NCBI GenBank assembly: GCA_000991245.1
Contig: LBRD01000001.1
Coordinates: 135,467-177,804, forward strand
Direction of reading: 5' to 3'
Source: Parcubacteria group bacterium GW2011_GWC1_36_108
Lineage (GTDB): Bacteria; Patescibacteriota; Minisyncoccia; Moranbacterales; GWC2-37-73
DNA length: 42,338 nt
Positions 15,919 through 23,773 of this stretch are shown here, piece by piece. Both the position numbers and the translations under genes were made by a program. Each line of letters opens with the position of its first letter. The first letter of the stretch is position 1. The notes under the pieces are model-generated. The model was given only the letters and a program-made list of their open reading frames with translations, was not told the DNA's origin and made no database searches.

Positions 15919-18876
15919 TCATCTTTTAATAGAAATTACTAGCACTTTTTCATCCAATTTAAGCTCTTTAGCCAAATCAGCATCTTGGCAAAATCCTTCA
16001 GTAATGGCATCAGCAAGGGTTTCTTTGGCAATTAAGGCATTAAATTTCTCAAGTTCTTCCGATTTTCCATTATAGCACACTTTGATGCGATTGTCAACAT
16101 CATAGCCTGCTTCTTTACGCATCTCTTGGATGTGCCGAACTATTTCTCGCGCCACTCCCTCTTGAGCCAATTCTTCAGTTATCTCAACATCCAAAATAAT
16201 ATTATCCTGCTGATTTTCATCAACAAGAATTTCTTTCACATTAAGTTCTTCCTTAATTATTTCTGCAAGTTCATCAAGAATAACTTCCTTGATTGTCACT
16301 TTTGCAAGCGGTTGACGAACTTTAATTTTAGCTTGAGAGCGAAGTTGCAAACCTTGAGTCACAATCTCACGAACACTGTGCATTTGATCATTCAAAAGCT
16401 CATCGACGTGATGATAATCTCCCGTCGGCAAATCAGCCAAATGCACAGACTCCTTGCCAGCCTGCCCGCCGGAGCTTTGCGAAGGCTGGGTCAGATTTTT
16501 ATAAATTTCTTCAGCGATAAAAGGTGAAAACGGTGCCATCATTTTAGCCAGTGTCACAAGCACGTGATGAAGCGTTGCATATGCTTCATTTTTGTCGCCA
16601 TCATTTTCTGATTTCCAAAAACGCTTGCGCGATCTTCGAACATACCAGTTTGACATATCATCAATAAATTTTGGAAATGCTCGAGCAGCTCGATGCAATT
16701 CATAATTTTCCATTCCACTGTGAACTGCTATCACCAAGGTGTTAAGTTCAGAAAGAATCCATCGATCCAACAAATTTGTTGCGGTTGAATGCTGAAATTG
16801 ATCATTATGTTCCCACTTATCAATATTAGCGTACAGCACAAAAAAGGAATACGAATTCCAAAGCATTCGCATCATTCCTCGCACAATTTCCGCCACATCT
16901 TTTTCAGAAAAATTCAAGTTTTGCGCAGCCACTACTGGCGAGCTCATTAGATAAAATCTGATCGAATCCGCACCATATTTATCAAGCATGAGTTGTGGAT
17001 CAGGATAATTTGAAAAACGTTTACTCATTTTCTTTCCATCCTCTGCCAAAACTGTTCCGTTCACAATTACATTTTTAAACGCTGGTGCTTTTTTAACTGC
17101 ACTGGCAATAATATGCAAATAATAAAACCAGGCACGTGTTTGATCTACGCCCTCCGCAATAAAATCAGCTGGAAAATTATTTTCAAATTGCTCAGCATTT
17201 TCAAAAGGATAATGCTGTTGAGCATACGGCATTGAGCCAGAATCAAACCAAGTATCCAACACGTCTGGGATGCGATGCATATCCTGCCCGCAAGCATCAC
17301 ATTTAAGCACAATTTTATCAACAATATGTTTATGCAAATCTGTTATTTTTTCACCGCTAGCAGCTTCCAGTTCCATTACACTGCCAAAAACTTTTTGTTC
17401 GCCACATTCGCATTTCCAAATTGGTATTACAGAAGCCCAAAAACGCTGACGCGAAATTGACCAATCACGCGCACCTTCAAGCCATTTTCCAAAGCGCCCC
17501 TCTTTTATGTGCTGCGGAGACCACTTGATTTCCTTAGCCAAATCAAGTGCATCTGATTTTATATCAGCAACTTTAACAAACCAAGAACTAGTTGCATAAT
17601 TCATCAGTGGAGTGTCACATCTCCAACAATGAGGATAACTATGTTCGTATTTTTCTTTTGCAAAAAGAGTTCCATTTTTGGCTAAAAATTTAATAATTTC
17701 CACATCAGTCGCAGTTCTATCATCGGTTGGTTTTATATGCATTCCAGCAAATTCTCCCGCCTCTTTTTTTATAATTCCATCCATTCCCACATGTTGAACA
17801 AATGGCAAATTCTTTTCTTTACCCAAATTCAAATCATCTTCACCGAATGCTGGAGCAATATGAACAACACCAGTTCCATCCTCAGCACCCACAAAATCGC
17901 CGCCTACAACTTTCCAACCATTTTCAAAATTTTCAATATCAGATTTTGCATAATAGTCAAAAACTGGTTTATATTTCTTACCAATAAGCTGCGAACCTAA
18001 AACTTCGCGTACAATTTCAATTTTTTTATCCTTAAACAAATCACTCGCTCTATCTTTGGCTACAATAAAAATTTCTTCTGAAAATGTTCCATCCTTTTCC
18101 AAATTTGTTGCCTGCCTGTCCGGTAGGCAGGTTTCTACATATACATAATTCATCTCTGGATTAACCGCTAGAGCAACATTCCCAATCAGTGTCCATGGTG
18201 TTGTCGTCCAGGCCAAAATAGAAGTTCCAGGTTCATCAACAAGTTCAAACTTTGCAATAACAGACAAATCTTTAACATCAATATAACCCTCACTAACTTC
18301 TTGTTGAGAAAGAGTAGTTTCGCAGCGTGGACAAACATGCATTGAGCGATAGCCTTCATAAATAAGACCCTTATTCCAAAGTTCTTTAAAAACCCACCAT
18401 ACTGATTCCATATATGGCAAATCCATCGTCTTATATGCATTATCCATATCAGCCCAACGTCCCAAACGATTAATAACAACTTTCCAAACATCTACATATT
18501 CCAAAACTTTGCTACGACAAAGTTCGTTAAATTTTTCCACGCCTAATTTTTCAATTTCACTTTTAGCTTTTGAGCCTAATTCTTTTTCAACGATATTTTC
18601 AATTGGAAGTCCATGACAATCCCACCCCCATTTTCTTTCCACGTAAAAACCACGCATCGTCCAATAGCGCGGCACCACATCTTTCATTGTTGAAGCAACC
18701 AAGTGCCCGTAATGAGGTGTACCTGTTGCAAAAGGTGGTCCATCATAAAAAGTGTATTTCTGCGAGTCCTTACGAATTTCCAAAGATTTTTCAAATATTT
18801 TCTCCTGAGCCCAAAATTTTAAAATTTCTTCTTCCATCTTCGGGAACGATTGTTTTGGATCAACTTTCTTAAACAT
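15919..18876 (-). CDS. ileS: Isoleucyl-tRNA synthetase (type 2-like, no C-terminal zinc-finger tail seen)
   Basis: 985 aa with the HIGH region PHYGHLV, KMSKRFSNY (KMSKS) and an editing-domain WTTTPWT motif. Confidence 0.97.
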   Translation of the reverse strand: MFKKVDPKQSFPKMEEEILKFWAQEKIFEKSLEIRKDSQKYTFYDGPPFATGTPHYGHLVASTMKDVVPRYWTMRGFYVERKWGWDCHGLPIENIVEKELGSKAKSEIEKLGVEKFNELCRSKVLEYVDVWKVVINRLGRWADMDNAYKTMDLPYMESVWWVFKELWNKGLIYEGYRSMHVCPRCETTLSQQEVSEGYIDVKDLSVIAKFELVDEPGTSILAWTTTPWTLIGNVALAVNPEMNYVYVETCLPDRQATNLEKDGTFSEEIFIVAKDRASDLFKDKKIEIVREVLGSQLIGKKYKPVFDYYAKSDIENFENGWKVVGGDFVGAEDGTGVVHIAPAFGEDDLNLGKEKNLPFVQHVGMDGIIKKEAGEFAGMHIKPTDDRTATDVEIIKFLAKNGTLFAKEKYEHSYPHCWRCDTPLMNYATSSWFVKVADIKSDALDLAKEIKWSPQHIKEGRFGKWLEGARDWSISRQRFWASVIPIWKCECGEQKVFGSVMELEAASGEKITDLHKHIVDKIVLKCDACGQDMHRIPDVLDTWFDSGSMPYAQQHYPFENAEQFENNFPADFIAEGVDQTRAWFYYLHIIASAVKKAPAFKNVIVNGTVLAEDGKKMSKRFSNYPDPQLMLDKYGADSIRFYLMSSPVVAAQNLNFSEKDVAEIVRGMMRMLWNSYSFFVLYANIDKWEHNDQFQHSTATNLLDRWILSELNTLVIAVHSGMENYELHRAARAFPKFIDDMSNWYVRRSRKRFWKSENDGDKNEAYATLHHVLVTLAKMMAPFSPFIAEEIYKNLTQPSQSSGGQAGKESVHLADLPTGDYHHVDELLNDQMHSVREIVTQGLQLRSQAKIKVRQPLAKVTIKEVILDELAEIIKEELNVKEILVDENQQDNIILDVEITEELAQEGVAREIVRHIQEMRKEAGYDVDNRIKVCYNGKSEELEKFNALIAKETLADAITEGFCQDADLAKELKLDEKVLVISIKR
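18111..18131. repeat. 21-nt GC-rich palindromic mini-element inside ileS
   Basis: cctgcctgtccggtaggcagg forms a 6-bp CCTGCC/GGCAGG stem with a 9-nt loop. It is identical to 33170-33190 in uvrC, and the identity extends to 24 nt with the following ttt. Confidence 0.9.
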
Positions 18877-18920
18877 ATTATTTTATAATAAAATTATAGA
18901 ATTAATTTAGCGAGAATATC

Positions 18921-19200
18921 TTTAAAAAACAAAAATCCCCATGCAAATAAATGCATAAGGACGAAAATATTTCGTGGTACCACCTTATTTCAGCTTTTCA
19001 GCTTTTCAGCTTTTCAGCTTTTCAGGAAAATGCATTTCCTAAGAAGCTAAGCAGCTAACGCCTAATAAGCTCTTATTACGGCTATAACGGGCTTACCCGA
19101 CGAATTCTACTTTCCCAAAGGATTTCTTTTCGCAGCTTGCCCAGTGAAATTTACAAGGTAATTATTTCACTAGGGCGACGAGGTGATAACCTCCCCATTG
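18921..19200 (-). promoter_or_regulatory. T-box riboswitch leader of ileS (the 5' boundary is approximate)
   Basis: Read on the minus strand. The T-box sequence AAUAAGGUGGUACCACGAAA lies at 18970-18989. The antiterminator is AAGG / UGGUACC bulge / ACGAAA-UAU-UUUCGU / CCUU. The competing terminator is CCUUAUGCA-UUUAUUU-UGCAUGGGG plus a U-run (18921-18960). An F-box CCGUUA (19085-19090) and an AGUA box are also present. Confidence 0.88.
18991..19022. repeat. Octamer tandem array (cagctttt x4) inside the T-box leader
   Basis: Four exact cagctttt units plus a partial fifth. On the minus strand this reads (AAGCUGAA)n and sits immediately 5' of the T-box sequence. Confidence 0.9.
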
Positions 19201-19222
19201 CTTTTGTATTCTTATACTATGC

Positions 19223-20386
19223 CTATTTTAAACTTTTGTAAATCTCTAATGTTTCACGGGCTGTTTTATCCCAATCAAATTTCTTGGCCTGCTCCAATCC
19301 TTTTGCGATATAACTTGCTCGCAAATTTTCATCCGTTGCAAATTTTCCAATAGCTTCAGCCAACTCAGCAGTATCAAGAGGATTTATAAAATATGCAGCT
19401 TCGCCGGCAATTTCAGGAAGAGAAGAAACATTGGCCAAAATCGCAGGTGTTTTGGTAGCAAACGCCTCAAGCACGGTCATTCCAAAACCTTCATACAAAG
19501 ATGGCATCACGAAAAATTCAGCGTTGCGGAAAAGTGGTACAAGTTCATCTCCAATAACATAGCCAGTAAACACAACATCCTTTGTTAAAATTAAATCTTT
19601 GATAATTTGTAAATATTCTTGCGAAAGCCAACCTCGCTTTCCAGCAAGTACTAACTGATATTCAAACTTACCAGCATTTTTTTGTTTTTGCTCAGTTTTA
19701 AATTTAGCGAATGCCTCCAACAATCTTGTAATATTTTTAGATGGCTCCAGTGTTCCCAAAAAAAGAATGTATTTTTTTGTAATATCATATTTTCCCAAAA
19801 CTTTTGCTACTGATATTTCTGATTCTTCAAAAAAACGTTGGTCAAGACCACTATACACAACTTGTGTTTTTTCTACTGGCACACCGATGAATTTTTCAAC
19901 ATCATTTTTTATTGAAGATGAAACAGCTATAATCTTATCTGCCTTGCTACCCATCAAGCGAGCTATAGTTTTGTTGCGAGTTCTTTTAACAGCTGATAAA
20001 TATTGCGGAATGCTATACATCGACATATCATGAAAAGTTACCACTGTTTTCCCATTGTACCCCATAGGGATACGATTAAGAGCAGAAGTAGAATGAAGCA
20101 CATCAAGTCTTTCTTTTTGCAGCGTTGCTGTTCCCAAAATTTCACTGTAAGCTCCCGGAAGATATTTTTTATAATCAGAATAGGGATAAAATTTTATTTT
20201 CACATTCGGCTGCGCAAATTTTTTGACATCTTTTTCGCGAACACGAAAATCAAAGAAAATAACATATTCATTTTCTTTGTCCATTTTAAGCAGATGACGA
20301 ATCAGCTGATAAGTATAATGTCCTACGCCTATAGCATCTCCTTTTTCAGGGTTCAAAATCGAACGAGCGTCAATTCCAATTTTCAT
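19223..20386 (-). CDS. Glycosyltransferase family 4 (GT-B fold)
   Basis: The ATG at 20386 gives the start MKIGIDARSIL. The ORF track extends to a GTG at 20401. The EX7E-type motif EGFGMTVLEAFA is present. Confidence 0.85.
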   Translation of the reverse strand: MKIGIDARSILNPEKGDAIGVGHYTYQLIRHLLKMDKENEYVIFFDFRVREKDVKKFAQPNVKIKFYPYSDYKKYLPGAYSEILGTATLQKERLDVLHSTSALNRIPMGYNGKTVVTFHDMSMYSIPQYLSAVKRTRNKTIARLMGSKADKIIAVSSSIKNDVEKFIGVPVEKTQVVYSGLDQRFFEESEISVAKVLGKYDITKKYILFLGTLEPSKNITRLLEAFAKFKTEQKQKNAGKFEYQLVLAGKRGWLSQEYLQIIKDLILTKDVVFTGYVIGDELVPLFRNAEFFVMPSLYEGFGMTVLEAFATKTPAILANVSSLPEIAGEAAYFINPLDTAELAEAIGKFATDENLRASYIAKGLEQAKKFDWDKTARETLEIYKSLK

Positions 20387-20499
20387 ATGGTTGTAACTCA
20401 CAACCTACAACAATCAACTTGCAACATGCTGCCTAGCAATAACTCAGCACGTATCAGAATTTTTGTTATTAGTTGTCAGTAGTTAGTTATCTGTTATTT

Positions 20500-22146
20500 T
20501 CACATTTTTTCGGGTGCATCCACCCCTATAAGATCCAGGGTTTCAGCTAACACTATTCTAACAGCATTTATCAGAGAAAGTCTAGCGATTGTTAACTCTT
20601 TATTATTTTCATCAATCACTTTACAAGCATCATAAAAACTGTGAAATTTATCAGCTAATTTCATCGCATATTGCGGAAACTTGTGAGCCTCATAGCTTTG
20701 TGAAATTTCTTGAATCAATTCTGGAAATTTGTTTAGTTCCCTAACCAAACTCAATTCCTTTTCATGAGTCAATAACCCACAACTAACAACTAACGACTTA
20801 CTACGGTCAAAATTCAAATTTTTTGTTTTTTCTGTTGTTTGTTGTGAGTTGTTAGTTGTTTGTGACTTTGCAAGAATTCCGGCAATTCGCGCGTGCGCAT
20901 ATTGCACATAAAAAACAGGATTTTTAGCGCTACGCTCTTTCGCTAACCCTAAATCAAAATTCATATGAGTGTCCGGCGAATACATCAAAAAGAAAAATCT
21001 TGTCACGTCGTGCCCAATTTCATCAATCAAATCATCTAGGTTAATAACATTTCCTGCGCGCTTGCTCATACGCGCTTCTTTGCCATCCTTCACAAGCCTA
21101 ACCATTTGAGAAATAATAATCCTAAAATCCCCAGCAAACCCAAGGGCTGATGCAACTGCTTTAAGTCGTGACACATAACCGTGATGATCAGCGCCAAGAC
21201 CCATAATTAATCGCGAATATCCTCTTTCAATCTTATTAAGCATATACCCGCAATCGCCTGCCATATAAGCATTTTTACCGTCTTTCTTGATCAAAACTCT
21301 GTCTTTATCATCTCCAAAGTCAGTTGTCCTGAGCCACAGCGCATCTTCAGATTCATAAGTTAAACCTTTTTCCTTGAGCAATGAAATGGCACGCTGGTCA
21401 TATCCATCATCACTCAATTTTTGCTCGCTCATCCACACATTAAAAGTTATCTGCATTTTTTCTTGTGTGGTTTTTTTAATGATATTTTCCAAAACATCAT
21501 TAGCTGCAATTTTTCCAACTTCACGAACATCTTTTAACGCTGCATATTTTTTATTAAGTTCATCAATATATTCTCCAGTGTATGCAGCTTCTTCATCTTT
21601 TAAAACACTATGCCCCAATTTTTCAACTTGGCCACCAGCATCATTTACATAATATTCATTTGTCACATCAAACCCCGCTTTTTTCAGCACTCGCGAAAGA
21701 CTGTCGCCATAAAACCCACCACGACCATTTCCCAAATGCAAAGGTCCGGTTGGATTAGCAGAAATAAATTCATTATTTATTTTAATGTTTTTGTCGATTT
21801 CAGAATTTCCAAATTTTTCTTTTTCAACGTTTATTTTTTCAACAATTTCTTGCAAATATTTTTTAGAAAGATAAAAGTTAATATACCCCGGAGCAGCCAC
21901 TTCTATCTTTTCAAATTGTTGTAAGTTGTAAGTCGTAAGTTGTAAGTTAACAATTTCAGCGATTTCCATCGGATTTTTCCCAACTTTTTTTGCTAAAATC
22001 ATAGCAATATTTGTTGTATAATCGCCAAATTGCTCGCTTTTCGGATATTCAACAATGATTTCAGACATCTCAAAATCAGACCAATCATTAGCTTTTTTTG
22101 CTTCATTTAAAGCACTTTCTATTAATTTTTGAATTTCGTTTTTCAT
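20500..22146 (-). CDS. argS: Arginyl-tRNA synthetase
   Basis: Motifs SANPTGPLHLGNGRG (HIGH region) and MSKRAGNV. I prefer the start at M13 of the track ORF (MKNEIQKLIES). The upstream extension to 22182 overlaps a terminator hairpin. Confidence 0.93.
   Translation of the reverse strand: MKNEIQKLIESALNEAKKANDWSDFEMSEIIVEYPKSEQFGDYTTNIAMILAKKVGKNPMEIAEIVNLQLTTYNLQQFEKIEVAAPGYINFYLSKKYLQEIVEKINVEKEKFGNSEIDKNIKINNEFISANPTGPLHLGNGRGGFYGDSLSRVLKKAGFDVTNEYYVNDAGGQVEKLGHSVLKDEEAAYTGEYIDELNKKYAALKDVREVGKIAANDVLENIIKKTTQEKMQITFNVWMSEQKLSDDGYDQRAISLLKEKGLTYESEDALWLRTTDFGDDKDRVLIKKDGKNAYMAGDCGYMLNKIERGYSRLIMGLGADHHGYVSRLKAVASALGFAGDFRIIISQMVRLVKDGKEARMSKRAGNVINLDDLIDEIGHDVTRFFFLMYSPDTHMNFDLGLAKERSAKNPVFYVQYAHARIAGILAKSQTTNNSQQTTEKTKNLNFDRSKSLVVSCGLLTHEKELSLVRELNKFPELIQEISQSYEAHKFPQYAMKLADKFHSFYDACKVIDENNKELTIARLSLINAVRIVLAETLDLIGVDAPEKM
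20779..20859. repeat. 13-bp perfect inverted repeat within the argS coding sequence
   Basis: acaactaacaact (20779-20791) and agttgttagttgt (20847-20859) are separated by 55 nt. The region encodes the low-complexity peptide QTTNNSQQTTEKTKNLNFDRSKSLVVSC. Confidence 0.85.
21919..21946. repeat. Heptamer tandem array inside argS, flanked by an 8-bp inverted repeat
   Basis: ttgtaag ttgtaag tcgtaag ttgtaag. The flanks are aaattgtt (21913-21920) and aacaattt (21949-21956). Confidence 0.9.
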
Positions 22147-22184
22147 ACCTTTATTATACCCCCATAAAATAGATTTGAGCAATA

Positions 22185-22210
22185 GAAAAACCCGCTTTTG
22201 CGGGATTTTT
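22185..22210 (-). terminator. Bidirectional-looking terminator after rsmI
   Basis: aaaaa-cccgc-tttt-gcggg-attttt. Confidence 0.6.
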
Positions 22211-22233
22211 CAAATATTATAGTAATCACTTCT

Positions 22234-22905
22234 TTAATACACGACAATCACAAATTCCCCTTTTATTTTTGAAGGATTTTTTGAAAAATATTCGAGAACT
22301 TCCTCAATACTGCCACGTACCACCTCTTCAAACATTTTCGTCAATTCTCGCCCAAGGATAACCTTCTTTTCGGGTGCAAATTCCAAAAGTAGTGTCAGAT
22401 TCTTGATCACGCGATGTGGCGATTCGTAATAAATGACGGGAATTTCGGAAGCTTCTACTTTTTTAAAATATGTCTCCCGTCCTTTCTTGTGTGGAGGAAA
22501 ACCCAAAAATGTAAACTGCTGCATATCAATACCAGCCACACTAATAATTGAAGCCAGGGCTGAAGCACCAGGAATTGGCAAGACGACAATACTGTTGGCA
22601 ATCGCCTCCGCCACCAAAATATTCCCGGGATCGGAAACGCCTGGGGTGCCCGCATCAGTTACCACAGCGACATTTTTGCCAGCCAGAATTTCATCAATAA
22701 TTTTCTTAATTTTATCGTCTTTTGTATGTTGATGATATACAATCGCTTGTGTCTCTATGCTATAATGATTAAGCAATTTTCGAGTAACTCTAGTATCTTC
22801 ACACGCCACCATATCAACCTCTTTCAAAACACGCAGTGCGCGAAGAGTGATGTCCTCAAGATTACCAATTGGAGTAGCAACTATAAATAAAATTCCTGCT
22901 TTCAT
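22234..22905 (-). CDS. rsmI: 16S rRNA (cytidine1402-2'-O)-methyltransferase
   Basis: The canonical start MKAGILFIVATPIGNLEDITLRALRVLKEV is at M40 of the track ORF (ATG 22905). It belongs to the tetrapyrrole-methylase-fold family. Confidence 0.85.
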   Translation of the reverse strand: MKAGILFIVATPIGNLEDITLRALRVLKEVDMVACEDTRVTRKLLNHYSIETQAIVYHQHTKDDKIKKIIDEILAGKNVAVVTDAGTPGVSDPGNILVAEAIANSIVVLPIPGASALASIISVAGIDMQQFTFLGFPPHKKGRETYFKKVEASEIPVIYYESPHRVIKNLTLLLEFAPEKKVILGRELTKMFEEVVRGSIEEVLEYFSKNPSKIKGEFVIVVY

Positions 22906-23169
22906 AAGATTTAAATCTTTTTTATTGATTATTGAAGAACAAATTTTTTTGAGAAGTTTCTGTTTGAGAATCCATATTTTCTCTGAATTTTTTTGTTTCT
23001 TGCGCGGGACTCGCGTGACCACAAAAAATTTTAGTTATCCTTCAAAATCTATGATTTTGTCCGGATAACATATACCCGGAGGGTGAAGCTAGAAAATATG
23101 AGATTCGAGTTTAACTTCGAATAAAAATTTTGTTCTTCAATAATCAAGACTATTCTTAAAAACACTAAT

Positions 23170-23628
23170 ATGATTTTAACAACTCACGCCCTTGTCGGAG
23201 CTGCCATTGGGAAATATATTCATAATCCCATAGCTTTAACGGCTATCTTAATTCCCCTTCATTATACTCTGGATATTTTTCGCCATGGGGAATATTTAAA
23301 TAAAAATTCGACTTTCAAAAACACAACCTGGAAAGTACTACTTGATCTTTTTATTGGGGGTACAATTATTCTTTTTGCAATTTATGCTAAAAATATATCC
23401 CCCTCAATTTCCAGCTCAATAATAATAGGTGCAATTATCTCAATGTTTCCTGATTTGTTAACAGTACTCTATTGGAAACTTAATTTCAAATTTTTAGAAA
23501 AAATATACAAATTTCATCAATGGGTTCATAAATTTCCACATGATTCAAAAGAAAGACAATGGACATTTAGAAATGCTAGGAATGATATTATTTTCTCAAT
23601 ATTGGCAATTTTCTTATTATTTCTATAA
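23170..23628 (+). CDS. Hypothetical 4-TM membrane protein, possibly a DUF457/YdjM-like metal-dependent membrane hydrolase
   Basis: 152 aa with His-containing motifs (TTHALVG, HYTLDIFRHGEY, FPDLL, HQWVHKFPHD). No clear RBS. The family assignment is weak. Confidence 0.45.
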   Translation: MILTTHALVGAAIGKYIHNPIALTAILIPLHYTLDIFRHGEYLNKNSTFKNTTWKVLLDLFIGGTIILFAIYAKNISPSISSSIIIGAIISMFPDLLTVLYWKLNFKFLEKIYKFHQWVHKFPHDSKERQWTFRNARNDIIFSILAIFLLFL

Positions 23629-23653
23629 CCCTTCTGCTAAATAAAAATTTTGA

Positions 23654-23748
23654 GGATACTTTTTTGTTTTTGCACTTAAAACAAGTCTCATTAGTGTTAC
23701 TGTCAAAAAGTTGCAATTGTTTTTCTGTGCAAAAACAAAAACGTATCC
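23654..23748. repeat. Copy 2 of the long-hairpin element with conserved core
   Basis: The arms at 23654-23675 and 23727-23748 are complementary but differ in sequence from the copy 1 arms. The core at 23676-23726 matches the copy 1 core except for 2 substitutions and 2 single-base insertions. Confidence 0.8.
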
Positions 23749-23773
23749 GAATAAATTTTTCGCATTAGCAATG

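Noticed and set aside
23035-23121. Hairpins in the rsmI / 152-aa ORF spacer: ttatcc..caaaatc-tat-gattttg..ggataa at 23035-23068, and attcga-N8-tcgaat at 23102-23121.
   Set aside because: The structures are plausible but have no adjoining U-runs, no repeats elsewhere in the window and no obvious functional context. I note them only as possible regulatory or terminator remnants.
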